64,000 nt of DNA from a virus. Lineage: Duplodnaviria; Heunggongvirae; Uroviricota; Caudoviricetes. The DNA is taken from IMG/VR virus record IMGVR_UViG_2563366974_000010; one strand, given 5' to 3'. The translations under genes were made by a program, and so were the position numbers. Under the pieces are notes generated by a model. That model made no database searches. It was not told the DNA's origin and saw only the letters and a program-made list of their open reading frames with translations. Of the stretch, positions 18,911 through 26,898 are shown piece by piece. Each line of letters begins with the position of its first letter. Within the stretch, counting starts at the first letter, position 1.

Positions 18911-19796
18911 CTATCAGGATCCTACCGGAGCCGATGCGCTGGAACGACGGACAATGAAAGACTTCGCCAGGCGGATGAAAAAGATTGGCAAGGCGTACAA
19001 ATCAGCACTCGACAAAATACCTTCCTCCCTCGCAGTAAACGCCAGATACGAATACCAGTTAAACCCAACGCTACTCTCCATCATCCTGAACGATGCCAGT
19101 TACCTGGTGGATCAGGTGCTGCTTGAAGGTGGCGATTATGACCTGTGGTTTTACGAGTACATCGATCTGGCTTCGGAGAAGGGGACCGGGCAGTCATTCT
19201 ACAACCTCAGCCAGCAGTCGCCGGTGTACGCCGCCGGTCGTGAGTCGCTGGCCTCCATCCTCGCAAGCGACCCTTACCAGCAACGCATGGCGCTGGTGCA
19301 TGCCCGTGTGTTTGAGGAAATGAAGGGGCTGACGGCTGACGTTAAGCGCGACATGGCGCGCGTGCTGACTGATGGTGTGGGGCGCGGTCTCAATCCGCTG
19401 GACATTGCCCGCAACCTCACAGAACAGACCGGCATCGAGAAGCGCCGGGCGAACCGGATAGCGCGCACTGAAGTGACTACCGCGCTGCGCCGGGCCAAGT
19501 GGGATGAAGACCAGGAGGCGAATGACCTCTTCGGCCTGAAAACTCTGCTGGTTCACATCTCGGCTCTGTCGCCGACAACGCGACATACCCACGCAGTGCG
19601 CCATGCCCACCTCTACACCAACGAAGAGGTGCGTGACTGGTACAGCAAAGATGGCAACTCCATCAACTGCAAATGCAGCCAGCAGTCGGTGCTGGTGGAT
19701 GCGGACGGCAAGCCGGAATACCCGGACACCATCACGAAACTCAAACAGGAATATAAATCGATGCAGGCGAGCGGTTACGCCTGGGCGGAGAAATAA
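18870..19796 (+). CDS. Head morphogenesis protein (Mu F / SPP1 gp7-like)
   Basis: Position after portal; family assignment from overall sequence character, not verified. Confidence 0.55.
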   Translation: MATNKTKPPILPRNYQDPTGADALERRTMKDFARRMKKIGKAYKSALDKIPSSLAVNARYEYQLNPTLLSIILNDASYLVDQVLLEGGDYDLWFYEYIDLASEKGTGQSFYNLSQQSPVYAAGRESLASILASDPYQQRMALVHARVFEEMKGLTADVKRDMARVLTDGVGRGLNPLDIARNLTEQTGIEKRRANRIARTEVTTALRRAKWDEDQEANDLFGLKTLLVHISALSPTTRHTHAVRHAHLYTNEEVRDWYSKDGNSINCKCSQQSVLVDADGKPEYPDTITKLKQEYKSMQASGYAWAEK

Positions 19797-19799
19797 CTC

Positions 19800-21122
19800 A
19801 TGAAATTCCAGGTAAACCACGAAGCACAGCGTCCAATCCAGGCACCGAAACATGGTGAGCATATTCAGGTCAACATCACCACAAAGGTGAACAGCCAGTC
19901 TATCCGGCGCGAAACATACAACGGGCGTGAGCACCTGGTGCTGCCGAGCTACACACTTCCAGCTAACGTCGTCATGAATGGCGGCTTGTACACGCAAGAG
20001 CAAATCGACGCCCACTATAAGGGGCTGGAAGGTACCCTGGCGCCGCTGGGTCACCCTCAGGTTAACGGTCAGTTCGTGTCTGCTTTCTCTCCTGAGGGGA
20101 TTAACGCAGGCCATATCGGCGCGTGGAACCGCAACGTTAAGAAGTCCGGTAATCGTATCTACCTCGAAAAGTGGGTTGATGTGGCCCGTGCCAGCGAGTC
20201 GGAAGGTGGCAGGGAACTGCTTGAGCGTGTCGCTGCCATTGAGCGCGGTGAAAACGTTCCGCCGATTCACACCAGCGTCGCTGCTTTCCTCGACCAGCTT
20301 GAACCAAACGAACAGCAACGGGCCACTGGCGCTGAGTGGGTTGCGAAGATTTACAGCATGGATCACGACGCGATCCTGCTGCACGAAGTCGGAGCCGCCA
20401 CCCCTGAGCAGGGCGTTGGCCTGATGGTAAACGCCGATCTGGCGCAGCCGCTTAAAGCGAACTCCGGCGCGCTGGTGGGTGAATCCTACCGGGAGCGCGA
20501 ACAGCGTCTTGATCGCGCAGCCAAAGCGAAGTTTGCGGCGGGCGCGGATGAATATGCCTGGGTTGCTGACTTCACTGATTCGCAGGTAGTTATCGTGCGA
20601 AATGGCGGCGATGCGCAGGTTTACGGCTATTCCGCTGATGGCGGGAAGATCGCTATCGACGATACCGGCACCGCAGTAGCGCGCCAGGAGTCGTGGGTGG
20701 CAGTCGTCGCTAACAAATTCAAAGCTCTATTCACACCGCAGGAACAGCCTGCACCAAACCACAAAACGGAGGGCGACATGCCTTTAACCAAAGAAGAACT
20801 GGAACAAATCGGCAGCATGATCGGCCAGGCTGTTGCGACCAATACTGAAGCGGCTATTAAGCCTCTCGCGGAAAAGGTTGATGCGCTGCAGGCCAATCAG
20901 AAGCAACTCGCGGAAACCCTGACCGCGAACTCCCGTGCCGAAGAGAAAGCAAAGCGCGAAGCGGTTGCGAAGGCCCATGGCGATATCGTCGCGAACGCTC
21001 TGTCAGGCGAAGCTCTGGACGCGATGTTCAAGTCGCTGGGCGAAGCTGCGCCGCTGGGCACCAACAATGCTCAGCAGCACAAAGAAACCGGCGCACCAGC
21101 CGCAGACGAACACTTCAAGTAA
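19800..21122 (+). CDS. Putative scaffold/prohead structural protein
   Basis: Position between head morphogenesis and capsid genes; Ala/Glu-rich helical C-terminal half. Confidence 0.4.
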   Translation: MKFQVNHEAQRPIQAPKHGEHIQVNITTKVNSQSIRRETYNGREHLVLPSYTLPANVVMNGGLYTQEQIDAHYKGLEGTLAPLGHPQVNGQFVSAFSPEGINAGHIGAWNRNVKKSGNRIYLEKWVDVARASESEGGRELLERVAAIERGENVPPIHTSVAAFLDQLEPNEQQRATGAEWVAKIYSMDHDAILLHEVGAATPEQGVGLMVNADLAQPLKANSGALVGESYREREQRLDRAAKAKFAAGADEYAWVADFTDSQVVIVRNGGDAQVYGYSADGGKIAIDDTGTAVARQESWVAVVANKFKALFTPQEQPAPNHKTEGDMPLTKEELEQIGSMIGQAVATNTEAAIKPLAEKVDALQANQKQLAETLTANSRAEEKAKREAVAKAHGDIVANALSGEALDAMFKSLGEAAPLGTNNAQQHKETGAPAADEHFK

Positions 21123-21134
21123 GGAGCCGGAATA

Positions 21135-21584
21135 ATGCCACGTTATCGTCGCGTTAATATCGACGGTCAGTCTCTGTACAAGACCGAAACCCGCACTACG
21201 GCCGCCGCGCTGCTTCCCGGTACTGCGGCAACTATCAACTCATCCGATAAATTCGCTCAGGCCACCGCGCTAACCGGTCGCCTGTACATCATCGATGTTG
21301 GTTACCACCAGGGCCTGACCATCACTGAATCAATCCCTGCCGGTGATTCTGCTGTCGGCAACTACGTCGAAGAAGGTCGTGAGCTGGCGCTGCGCTGCCT
21401 GCCTGGTGCGTATAAGAAAGACAGTCCGATCAAGCTGGGTACTGCCGGTCAGTTTACCCTGGCAACCGATGATACTGATTCAGTGATCGGCTACAGCCAG
21501 GATGAATACACCATCGCGGCCAGCACCACTGACTTCATTCGCGTGCGTATGCGCGTTGGCACTGTCGCCGCAGCTGGCGCGTAA
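21135..21584 (+). CDS. Hypothetical head protein (decoration-like)
   Basis: Position directly upstream of major capsid gene. Confidence 0.35.
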   Translation: MPRYRRVNIDGQSLYKTETRTTAAALLPGTAATINSSDKFAQATALTGRLYIIDVGYHQGLTITESIPAGDSAVGNYVEEGRELALRCLPGAYKKDSPIKLGTAGQFTLATDDTDSVIGYSQDEYTIAASTTDFIRVRMRVGTVAAAGA

Positions 21585-21601
21585 CAAAAGGACAAACACA
21601 T

Positions 21602-22678
21602 ATGTACTTCTCTAAAGAGACGCTGGCGACTAACTCCCGCCTCGGCGGGCACTGGAGCGAACTGTGGGCAAACCGCAACATGTGGAACCTTCAGAACGAT
21701 TCCATCATCGCGGCTAACCGCGCAATCATGACGCCTGACATGCTGGCATGTAACGCCGTTGGCGGTTTCTCCCGTGACTTCTGGGCTGAGATTGACAATC
21801 AGGTGCTGCAACTGCGCGATCAGGAAGTTGGCATGGAAATCGTGAACGACCTGATCGGCGTTCAGACCGTGCTGCCGGTCGGTAAAACCGCCAAGCTGTA
21901 TAACGTCGTTGGCGACATCGCTGACGACGTGTCAGTAAGCATCGATGGTCAGGCGCCGTTCTCCTTCGATCACACCGACTACGCGAGCGACGGTGACCCG
22001 ATTCCGGTGTTCACTGCTGGTTACGGTGTTAACTGGCGTCATGCTGCTGGTCTGAACTCTGTTGGCATTGACTTGGTGCTGGACTCGCAGATGGCGAAGA
22101 TGCGCAAGTTCAACCAGAAGCGCGTTAACTACTACCTGAACGGCGATTCAAAAATTCAGGTTCAGTCCTACCCGGCGCAGGGCATCAAGAACCACCGCAA
22201 CACCAAGAAGATTAACCTCGGTTCTGGTGCTGGTGGTGCGAACATCGACCTGACAACCGCTGACATGACCGCGATCTTTGCATTCTTCGGTAAAGGCGCA
22301 TTCGGCACCACCGCACGCACGAACAAAGTCGCCGCCTACGATGTGATGTGGGTTTCCCCGGAAATCTGGGCAAACCTGGCGCAGCCGTACGTGGTGAATG
22401 GCGTCGTAAGCGGCACTGTGTTGCAGGCTGTTCTGCCTTTCGCGCCGGTGAAAGAAATCCGCATGAGCTTCGCACTGAGTGGTAACGAGTTTATCGCGTA
22501 CGTTCGTCGTCGTGACGTGATCTCCCCACTGGTTGGTATGGCTGTCGGCGTTGTTCCGCTGCCGCGCCCACTGCCTAACGTTAACTACAACTTCCAGATT
22601 ATGTCTGCTGAAGGTCTGCAAATAACCGCAGACGATCAGGGCCTGTCTGGCGTTGTCTACGGCGCTAACCTGGCGTAA
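21602..22678 (+). CDS. Major capsid protein
   Basis: 358 aa, position and composition. Confidence 0.6.
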   Translation: MYFSKETLATNSRLGGHWSELWANRNMWNLQNDSIIAANRAIMTPDMLACNAVGGFSRDFWAEIDNQVLQLRDQEVGMEIVNDLIGVQTVLPVGKTAKLYNVVGDIADDVSVSIDGQAPFSFDHTDYASDGDPIPVFTAGYGVNWRHAAGLNSVGIDLVLDSQMAKMRKFNQKRVNYYLNGDSKIQVQSYPAQGIKNHRNTKKINLGSGAGGANIDLTTADMTAIFAFFGKGAFGTTARTNKVAAYDVMWVSPEIWANLAQPYVVNGVVSGTVLQAVLPFAPVKEIRMSFALSGNEFIAYVRRRDVISPLVGMAVGVVPLPRPLPNVNYNFQIMSAEGLQITADDQGLSGVVYGANLA

Positions 22679-22687
22679 GGAAACAGC

Positions 22688-22981
22688 ATGGCTAAATACG
22701 AAGTTGTGCGCCCATGGTTCGGCGTGAAGATTGGCGACGTGGTGGAGTTGAAAGAGCTTCACCCGGCGCTGAAGTCTAACGTCCGGCTGATGAAAGGCGA
22801 GGCTGGTGGCGAGCTGAAACCTGCAACACCTGATGCCGGTACCGGTGAGAAATCACGCAAAGAGGCTATCCAGGCTCGTTTGACTGAGCTGGGCATCGAG
22901 TTCAAAGGCAATCTGGGCGAAGAAAAGCTCAGTGAGCTGTTGCCTGACGGTGAGCTCGAAAAGCTTTTCCCTGCTGAATAA
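22688..22981 (+). CDS. Hypothetical protein (97 aa)
   Basis: ORF track. Confidence 0.45.
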   Translation: MAKYEVVRPWFGVKIGDVVELKELHPALKSNVRLMKGEAGGELKPATPDAGTGEKSRKEAIQARLTELGIEFKGNLGEEKLSELLPDGELEKLFPAE

Positions 22982-22984
22982 CAG

Positions 22985-23006
22985 CCGCCGCTAAGGCGGT
23001 TTTTTT
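22985..23006 (+). terminator. Intrinsic terminator after capsid operon
   Basis: CCGCC-gctaa-GGCGG then T7. Confidence 0.6.
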
Positions 23007-23043
23007 ATGCCCCGCTCCGGCGGGGTATTTCACGGAGTCGATA

Positions 23044-23445
23044 ATGGTAACTCTCGAACAGGCGAAGGAGTATCTGGAGAGCCAGGGAATTACCATTCCC
23101 GATTTTGTTCTTCAGGCTCTCGTCGACCAGGCCAACAGCATTCAGGAGTGTCTCGATGCGCATTATCCGGCATCGACCTCGCTGTTGATTCAGCTCTATC
23201 TGCTGGCGCTTATGGGGCTCGGGCAGGGGGACAAATACATCTCCAGCCAGACGGCTCCAAGCGGGGCGTCCCGCTCTTTCCGGTACCAGTCGTTCACCGA
23301 CCGCTGGAAAGCATCAGTGAACCTGTTGCGGGGGCTGGATAAGTACGGTTGTGCAACCTCCCTTATTCCTGCCGACCCTACCGCCACCCCGGCATTCGCT
23401 GGTATCTGGATCGGTAAGGGCGGCTGCATGTGCGGGGATAAGTGA
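23044..23445 (+). CDS. Head-tail connector-like protein
   Basis: Position; 133 aa. Confidence 0.4.
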   Translation: MVTLEQAKEYLESQGITIPDFVLQALVDQANSIQECLDAHYPASTSLLIQLYLLALMGLGQGDKYISSQTAPSGASRSFRYQSFTDRWKASVNLLRGLDKYGCATSLIPADPTATPAFAGIWIGKGGCMCGDK

Positions 23446-23618
23446 TGACGTATAAATCAGTGACGGAAGGCAAGCCGAAGCCGCTCACTCGCGTATGGGT
23501 TGAAACCGACACCCGGCGGGAGACTACCGCCTACGTGAAATCGGACGGCGAGTGGCATATAAACTGCCCGCGCATACGGGCTACTGGCGCGAAGGTGTTG
23601 AGGTGGAAAGATGGCTGA
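23445..23618 (+). CDS. Hypothetical small protein (57 aa)
   Basis: TGATG overlap with upstream stop. Confidence 0.3.
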   Translation: MTYKSVTEGKPKPLTRVWVETDTRRETTAYVKSDGEWHINCPRIRATGAKVLRWKDG

Positions 23619-23844
23619 ACGATACGATGCGCATGCCTTTAAGTGCGAAGACAACTGGTCGCTGTTCATCTGGATGAACGACTCCGGAGTTAAGTTTATT
23701 GGCCGCCATGCTGAAACTTACGAGAAAGCCAAAGCTGACTTTCTGGAGCAGGCTGATGCTAAGCGCCTCGCCAGTCAATCAGGCTCGATGCGGCCTCTTG
23801 ATGATTTCAGAATCGTTGAGAAGGTGGAGGTATTCACTCTATGA
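23611..23844 (+). CDS. Hypothetical protein (77 aa)
   Basis: ORF track. Confidence 0.4.
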   Translation: MAERYDAHAFKCEDNWSLFIWMNDSGVKFIGRHAETYEKAKADFLEQADAKRLASQSGSMRPLDDFRIVEKVEVFTL

Positions 23845-24191
23845 GCAGCGTGGCCAACTGGTCTTACACCGCCACGGCGACAATCTGGCGAAAGCTGGAA
23901 GGCAATGACGAATACGGCGATCCGCTGGGTTATGCCGAACCTGAGCAAATCCTCTGTGATTACGAGGGCGGGCTCAGCAAGAAGTTAGCCAGCCTGGGCG
24001 CTGAAATCGTCGTGAAAAATACCGTCTGGACGGAGTTCGCGCTGGCGGCCGCGGGGGATTACCTGCTGATTGGTGTATCGACTGAAGAAGACCCGGTTGT
24101 GGCCGGTGCCGACGAGGTGAGGCAAGTTATTCGCTATGCCGACACGTTCGAGCGCCTGGCGGATGATTACGCCATCCTGACGGGAGTGTAG
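23841..24191 (+). CDS. Head-tail joining protein (putative)
   Basis: Position. Confidence 0.4.
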   Translation: MSSVANWSYTATATIWRKLEGNDEYGDPLGYAEPEQILCDYEGGLSKKLASLGAEIVVKNTVWTEFALAAAGDYLLIGVSTEEDPVVAGADEVRQVIRYADTFERLADDYAILTGV

Positions 24192-24193
24192 CC

Positions 24194-24658
24194 ATGGGCA
24201 TAAAAGTGAAGGGCATCAGCCAGGCGAAGAAGCACCTGAACGATGTCATCAACGACGTTAAGGGCCGTAAGGTAATTCGCGCGTTGCAGTCAGCGATGAT
24301 GCTTATCGGTACCCGGGCGGCATATTACACCCCGATCGACACCTCTACCTTGGTTAACAGCCAGTTCCGTGAAATCGACGCTGGCGGGGTGCTCATCACC
24401 GGGCGCATCGGTTACTCAGCCAACTATGCCGCGTACGTGCACGAGGCGTCAGGCAAGCTGAAAGGCCAGCCGCGCGCGCATTTTGGTGTGACCAGTAACC
24501 GGTCTGAGTTCGGCCCGCAGAAACCGAAAGAATTCGGTGGCGGGACAGGAAAGGGCAACTACTGGGATCCGCATGGTGAGCCGCAATTCCTGACCAAAGG
24601 CGCAAATGACGAGCGCGATAACGTTGACGCGGTGATGCGCAAGGAGCTTTCGCTATGA
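24194..24658 (+). CDS. Tail completion-like protein
   Basis: Position. Confidence 0.4.
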   Translation: MGIKVKGISQAKKHLNDVINDVKGRKVIRALQSAMMLIGTRAAYYTPIDTSTLVNSQFREIDAGGVLITGRIGYSANYAAYVHEASGKLKGQPRAHFGVTSNRSEFGPQKPKEFGGGTGKGNYWDPHGEPQFLTKGANDERDNVDAVMRKELSL

Positions 24659-25038
24659 CACCCATGATGCACGAGCGGGTGCGCAACATGTTCGGCGACG
24701 CCGGGCTAACGACCGGCTTCACGGTGCAGCAGTTGATGTACGACGACCCGGGCGACCAGTCGAAGGCGATCATGGTGTTCAGGCCAAACGGTGGTTCGAA
24801 TATCCGCACTGATCTTGGCTCTGAGTACCACGTCTTGGTCGACGTTGTCGGCGCGAAAGATAAGCGCAGAGACGCGCTCAATGCAGTGCAGCGTATCGTC
24901 GATTATGTCCAGGCTAACCCAATGGCTGACGAATGCGTCGGCTACATCCAGAACATGGGCGCAATTCCCGCGCCGGTGCTCACAGAAGAAGGGCGAATAG
25001 TCTTCCGACTCCAGTTCGCCTGCACTTACGGCGAATAG
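24655..25038 (+). CDS. Tail component (putative)
   Basis: Position. Confidence 0.4.
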   Translation: MTPMMHERVRNMFGDAGLTTGFTVQQLMYDDPGDQSKAIMVFRPNGGSNIRTDLGSEYHVLVDVVGAKDKRRDALNAVQRIVDYVQANPMADECVGYIQNMGAIPAPVLTEEGRIVFRLQFACTYGE

Positions 25039-25100
25039 CCATCCCAACCAAATAACCCGCTCCGGCGGGTTTTCTTTTATACGTCAAAGAGGAGTTTCAC

Positions 25101-25844
25101 ATGGCTAATTGCCAGAACTCGAACGAGCGCCTGTTCGGCGGTGCGGTCGTGCTGGAAGTCGCCGATGGCTGCCCTGACGTCAAGCCACTTGAATCTGAGT
25201 GGATGGCGCTGGCGGCTGGTACGTCGAAGGGCTTCGACTTCAACCCGAACTCGGTTACCTCTGATGCAGATGACGGCGGCGGCTATGTCGAGACCATCAT
25301 CACCAACAGTGACTTCACCCTGAGCTTTGAAGGCGAAGTGCGCAAGAAGGACAAGCTGGATCAGTACGGTGTCGGTAAGTTCATCAAGTATTTTGCTGAT
25401 GAACTGAAGGCCAAGCGCCAGCCCGGTATCTGGGTGCGCATGGACTACGGCCCGGTCGAATTCATCGGCTACATGAATATCACGGCGCTGAGCTCTGACG
25501 GTGGCACGAACGATATCGTCACGTTCTCCACTGAGTTCAAAGTCGGCGACGCTAGCACCATCGAAGTGAACGAAATCACTGCGGTAGCGGTGACTGGCGT
25601 GACGGTAACACCGGCAACCAGCACTGGCGCGGCGGGTGGTACCAGCACCTTCACGGTGAATATCGCACCAACCGGCGCAACAAACACAGGCTTCACCGTT
25701 GCATCAACTGATCCAGCCAAAGCCACTGCCACAGCATCCGGTACCACCGTCACGGTGAACCGCGTCGCCACCGGCAGCGCGCAGATCATCATCAATACCG
25801 AAGACGGCAACTTTGTGGCCGTGCATACGGTTACCGTTACCTAA
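25101..25844 (+). CDS. Major tail protein with C-terminal Ig-like domain
   Basis: Thr/Val/Ala-rich beta-rich C-terminus (AVTGVTVTPATSTGAAGGTSTFTVN). Confidence 0.6.
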   Translation: MANCQNSNERLFGGAVVLEVADGCPDVKPLESEWMALAAGTSKGFDFNPNSVTSDADDGGGYVETIITNSDFTLSFEGEVRKKDKLDQYGVGKFIKYFADELKAKRQPGIWVRMDYGPVEFIGYMNITALSSDGGTNDIVTFSTEFKVGDASTIEVNEITAVAVTGVTVTPATSTGAAGGTSTFTVNIAPTGATNTGFTVASTDPAKATATASGTTVTVNRVATGSAQIIINTEDGNFVAVHTVTVT

Positions 25845-25901
25845 CGGACATTCCAAAGGGCGGCGTGCTGCCCTTGATAATGACCGTTTACTGGAAGGCA
25901 T

Positions 25902-26570
25902 ATGACCGCTTTAACCGATATTGGCGAACTCTCTATCAGCGACAGCCGCGCAGGCGGTAAAGACTACCTGCTCAGGCCCTCATTCGAGGCTATGACGAGG
26001 ATCGGCGCTCCAGAGGAGATTGTGCAGGCGTATGCCACCATCCACGGCAAAGACGTCGCACAGCTGGTTGAGGTGTGCGCTGGCATGCTGGGGCGCTTTC
26101 CTGAATGGCTATCACCTTCATTCAACCGTGCAGCCGAGAAGCTGTTATCGACGTGCATGCTTGTGCTACAGGCGTGCTGTGAGGACGACCTGACGCCAAT
26201 GATCGGCGAATGGAAAGGATGGCGGCATTGTGTCGTCTACCGCCCGGGCCAGATGCCTAAGAACGACATTATCGTACTGGCGCAGCACCTCATGCAGCAC
26301 GGCATCGTCGGAAAGGCAAAGGTTCGCCAGTTGCAGCGCCACGAGACTGGCGAGCGCACTACGGAGTTCAAAGCCTTCGACTACATCAGCGCAGCACGTA
26401 GTCACTTTGGAATGAACCGCGCCGAAGCCTCTCAGTTAACGATGACCGAATTTCAGATGCTGCTGGCGGCGAAATACCCCGATCAGAAAGGTTTCACTCG
26501 CGATGAGTATGACAGCATCGCCGACGAATACCTGGCTAAACAGGCTGCACGTAGAAAGAAAGCCCAATAA
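25902..26570 (+). CDS. Putative tail assembly chaperone
   Basis: Position between tail tube and tape measure genes. Confidence 0.4.
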   Translation: MTALTDIGELSISDSRAGGKDYLLRPSFEAMTRIGAPEEIVQAYATIHGKDVAQLVEVCAGMLGRFPEWLSPSFNRAAEKLLSTCMLVLQACCEDDLTPMIGEWKGWRHCVVYRPGQMPKNDIIVLAQHLMQHGIVGKAKVRQLQRHETGERTTEFKAFDYISAARSHFGMNRAEASQLTMTEFQMLLAAKYPDQKGFTRDEYDSIADEYLAKQAARRKKAQ

Positions 26571-26583
26571 ATTGGGCTCTATT

Positions 26584-26796
26584 TTAGAAAACCAACGTCA
26601 AATGCTCTCTACCAATCCGGGCTAAATCACTGACGTTCATTGGTACTCGGCCCCTAACGTCGATTTTAATGTGACCACCGGCATTAGCTACGGTTCTTAT
26701 TAAGTCAGAAATATTCATTGGAATTGCACAATCGGCAGTAATTTCTATATGAACTCCAGTTCTGGCTATATCACTAATATTCATTGGTAACGGCAT
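26584..26796 (-). CDS. Small protein (70 aa) with three tandem PMN(I/V)SD repeats, antisense to tail module
   Basis: GGAGGA RBS; repeats PMNISDIAR / PMNISDLIR / PMNVSDLAR; AT-rich. Confidence 0.4.
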   Translation of the reverse strand: MPLPMNISDIARTGVHIEITADCAIPMNISDLIRTVANAGGHIKIDVRGRVPMNVSDLARIGREHLTLVF

Positions 26797-26898
26797 AAAT
26801 CCTCCATTGTTTTAAAAACAGCAATCATTTCAGCACGTTCATTACTTTTCTATTGTGATGAGCCTTAAGATTCAGCGAAATACCATCGTCAGTACTAT

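Noticed and set aside
19194-20384. 396-aa minus-strand ORF
   Set aside because: Antisense to the head morphogenesis and scaffold genes which have strong coding signals and coupled starts; Arg/Leu-rich translation typical of GC-rich antisense frames
25902-26898. Programmed-frameshift tail chaperone extension (G-T type)
   Set aside because: No plus-strand ORF extends from the chaperone gene toward the tape measure gene; the interval is instead occupied by a minus-strand repeat-protein ORF
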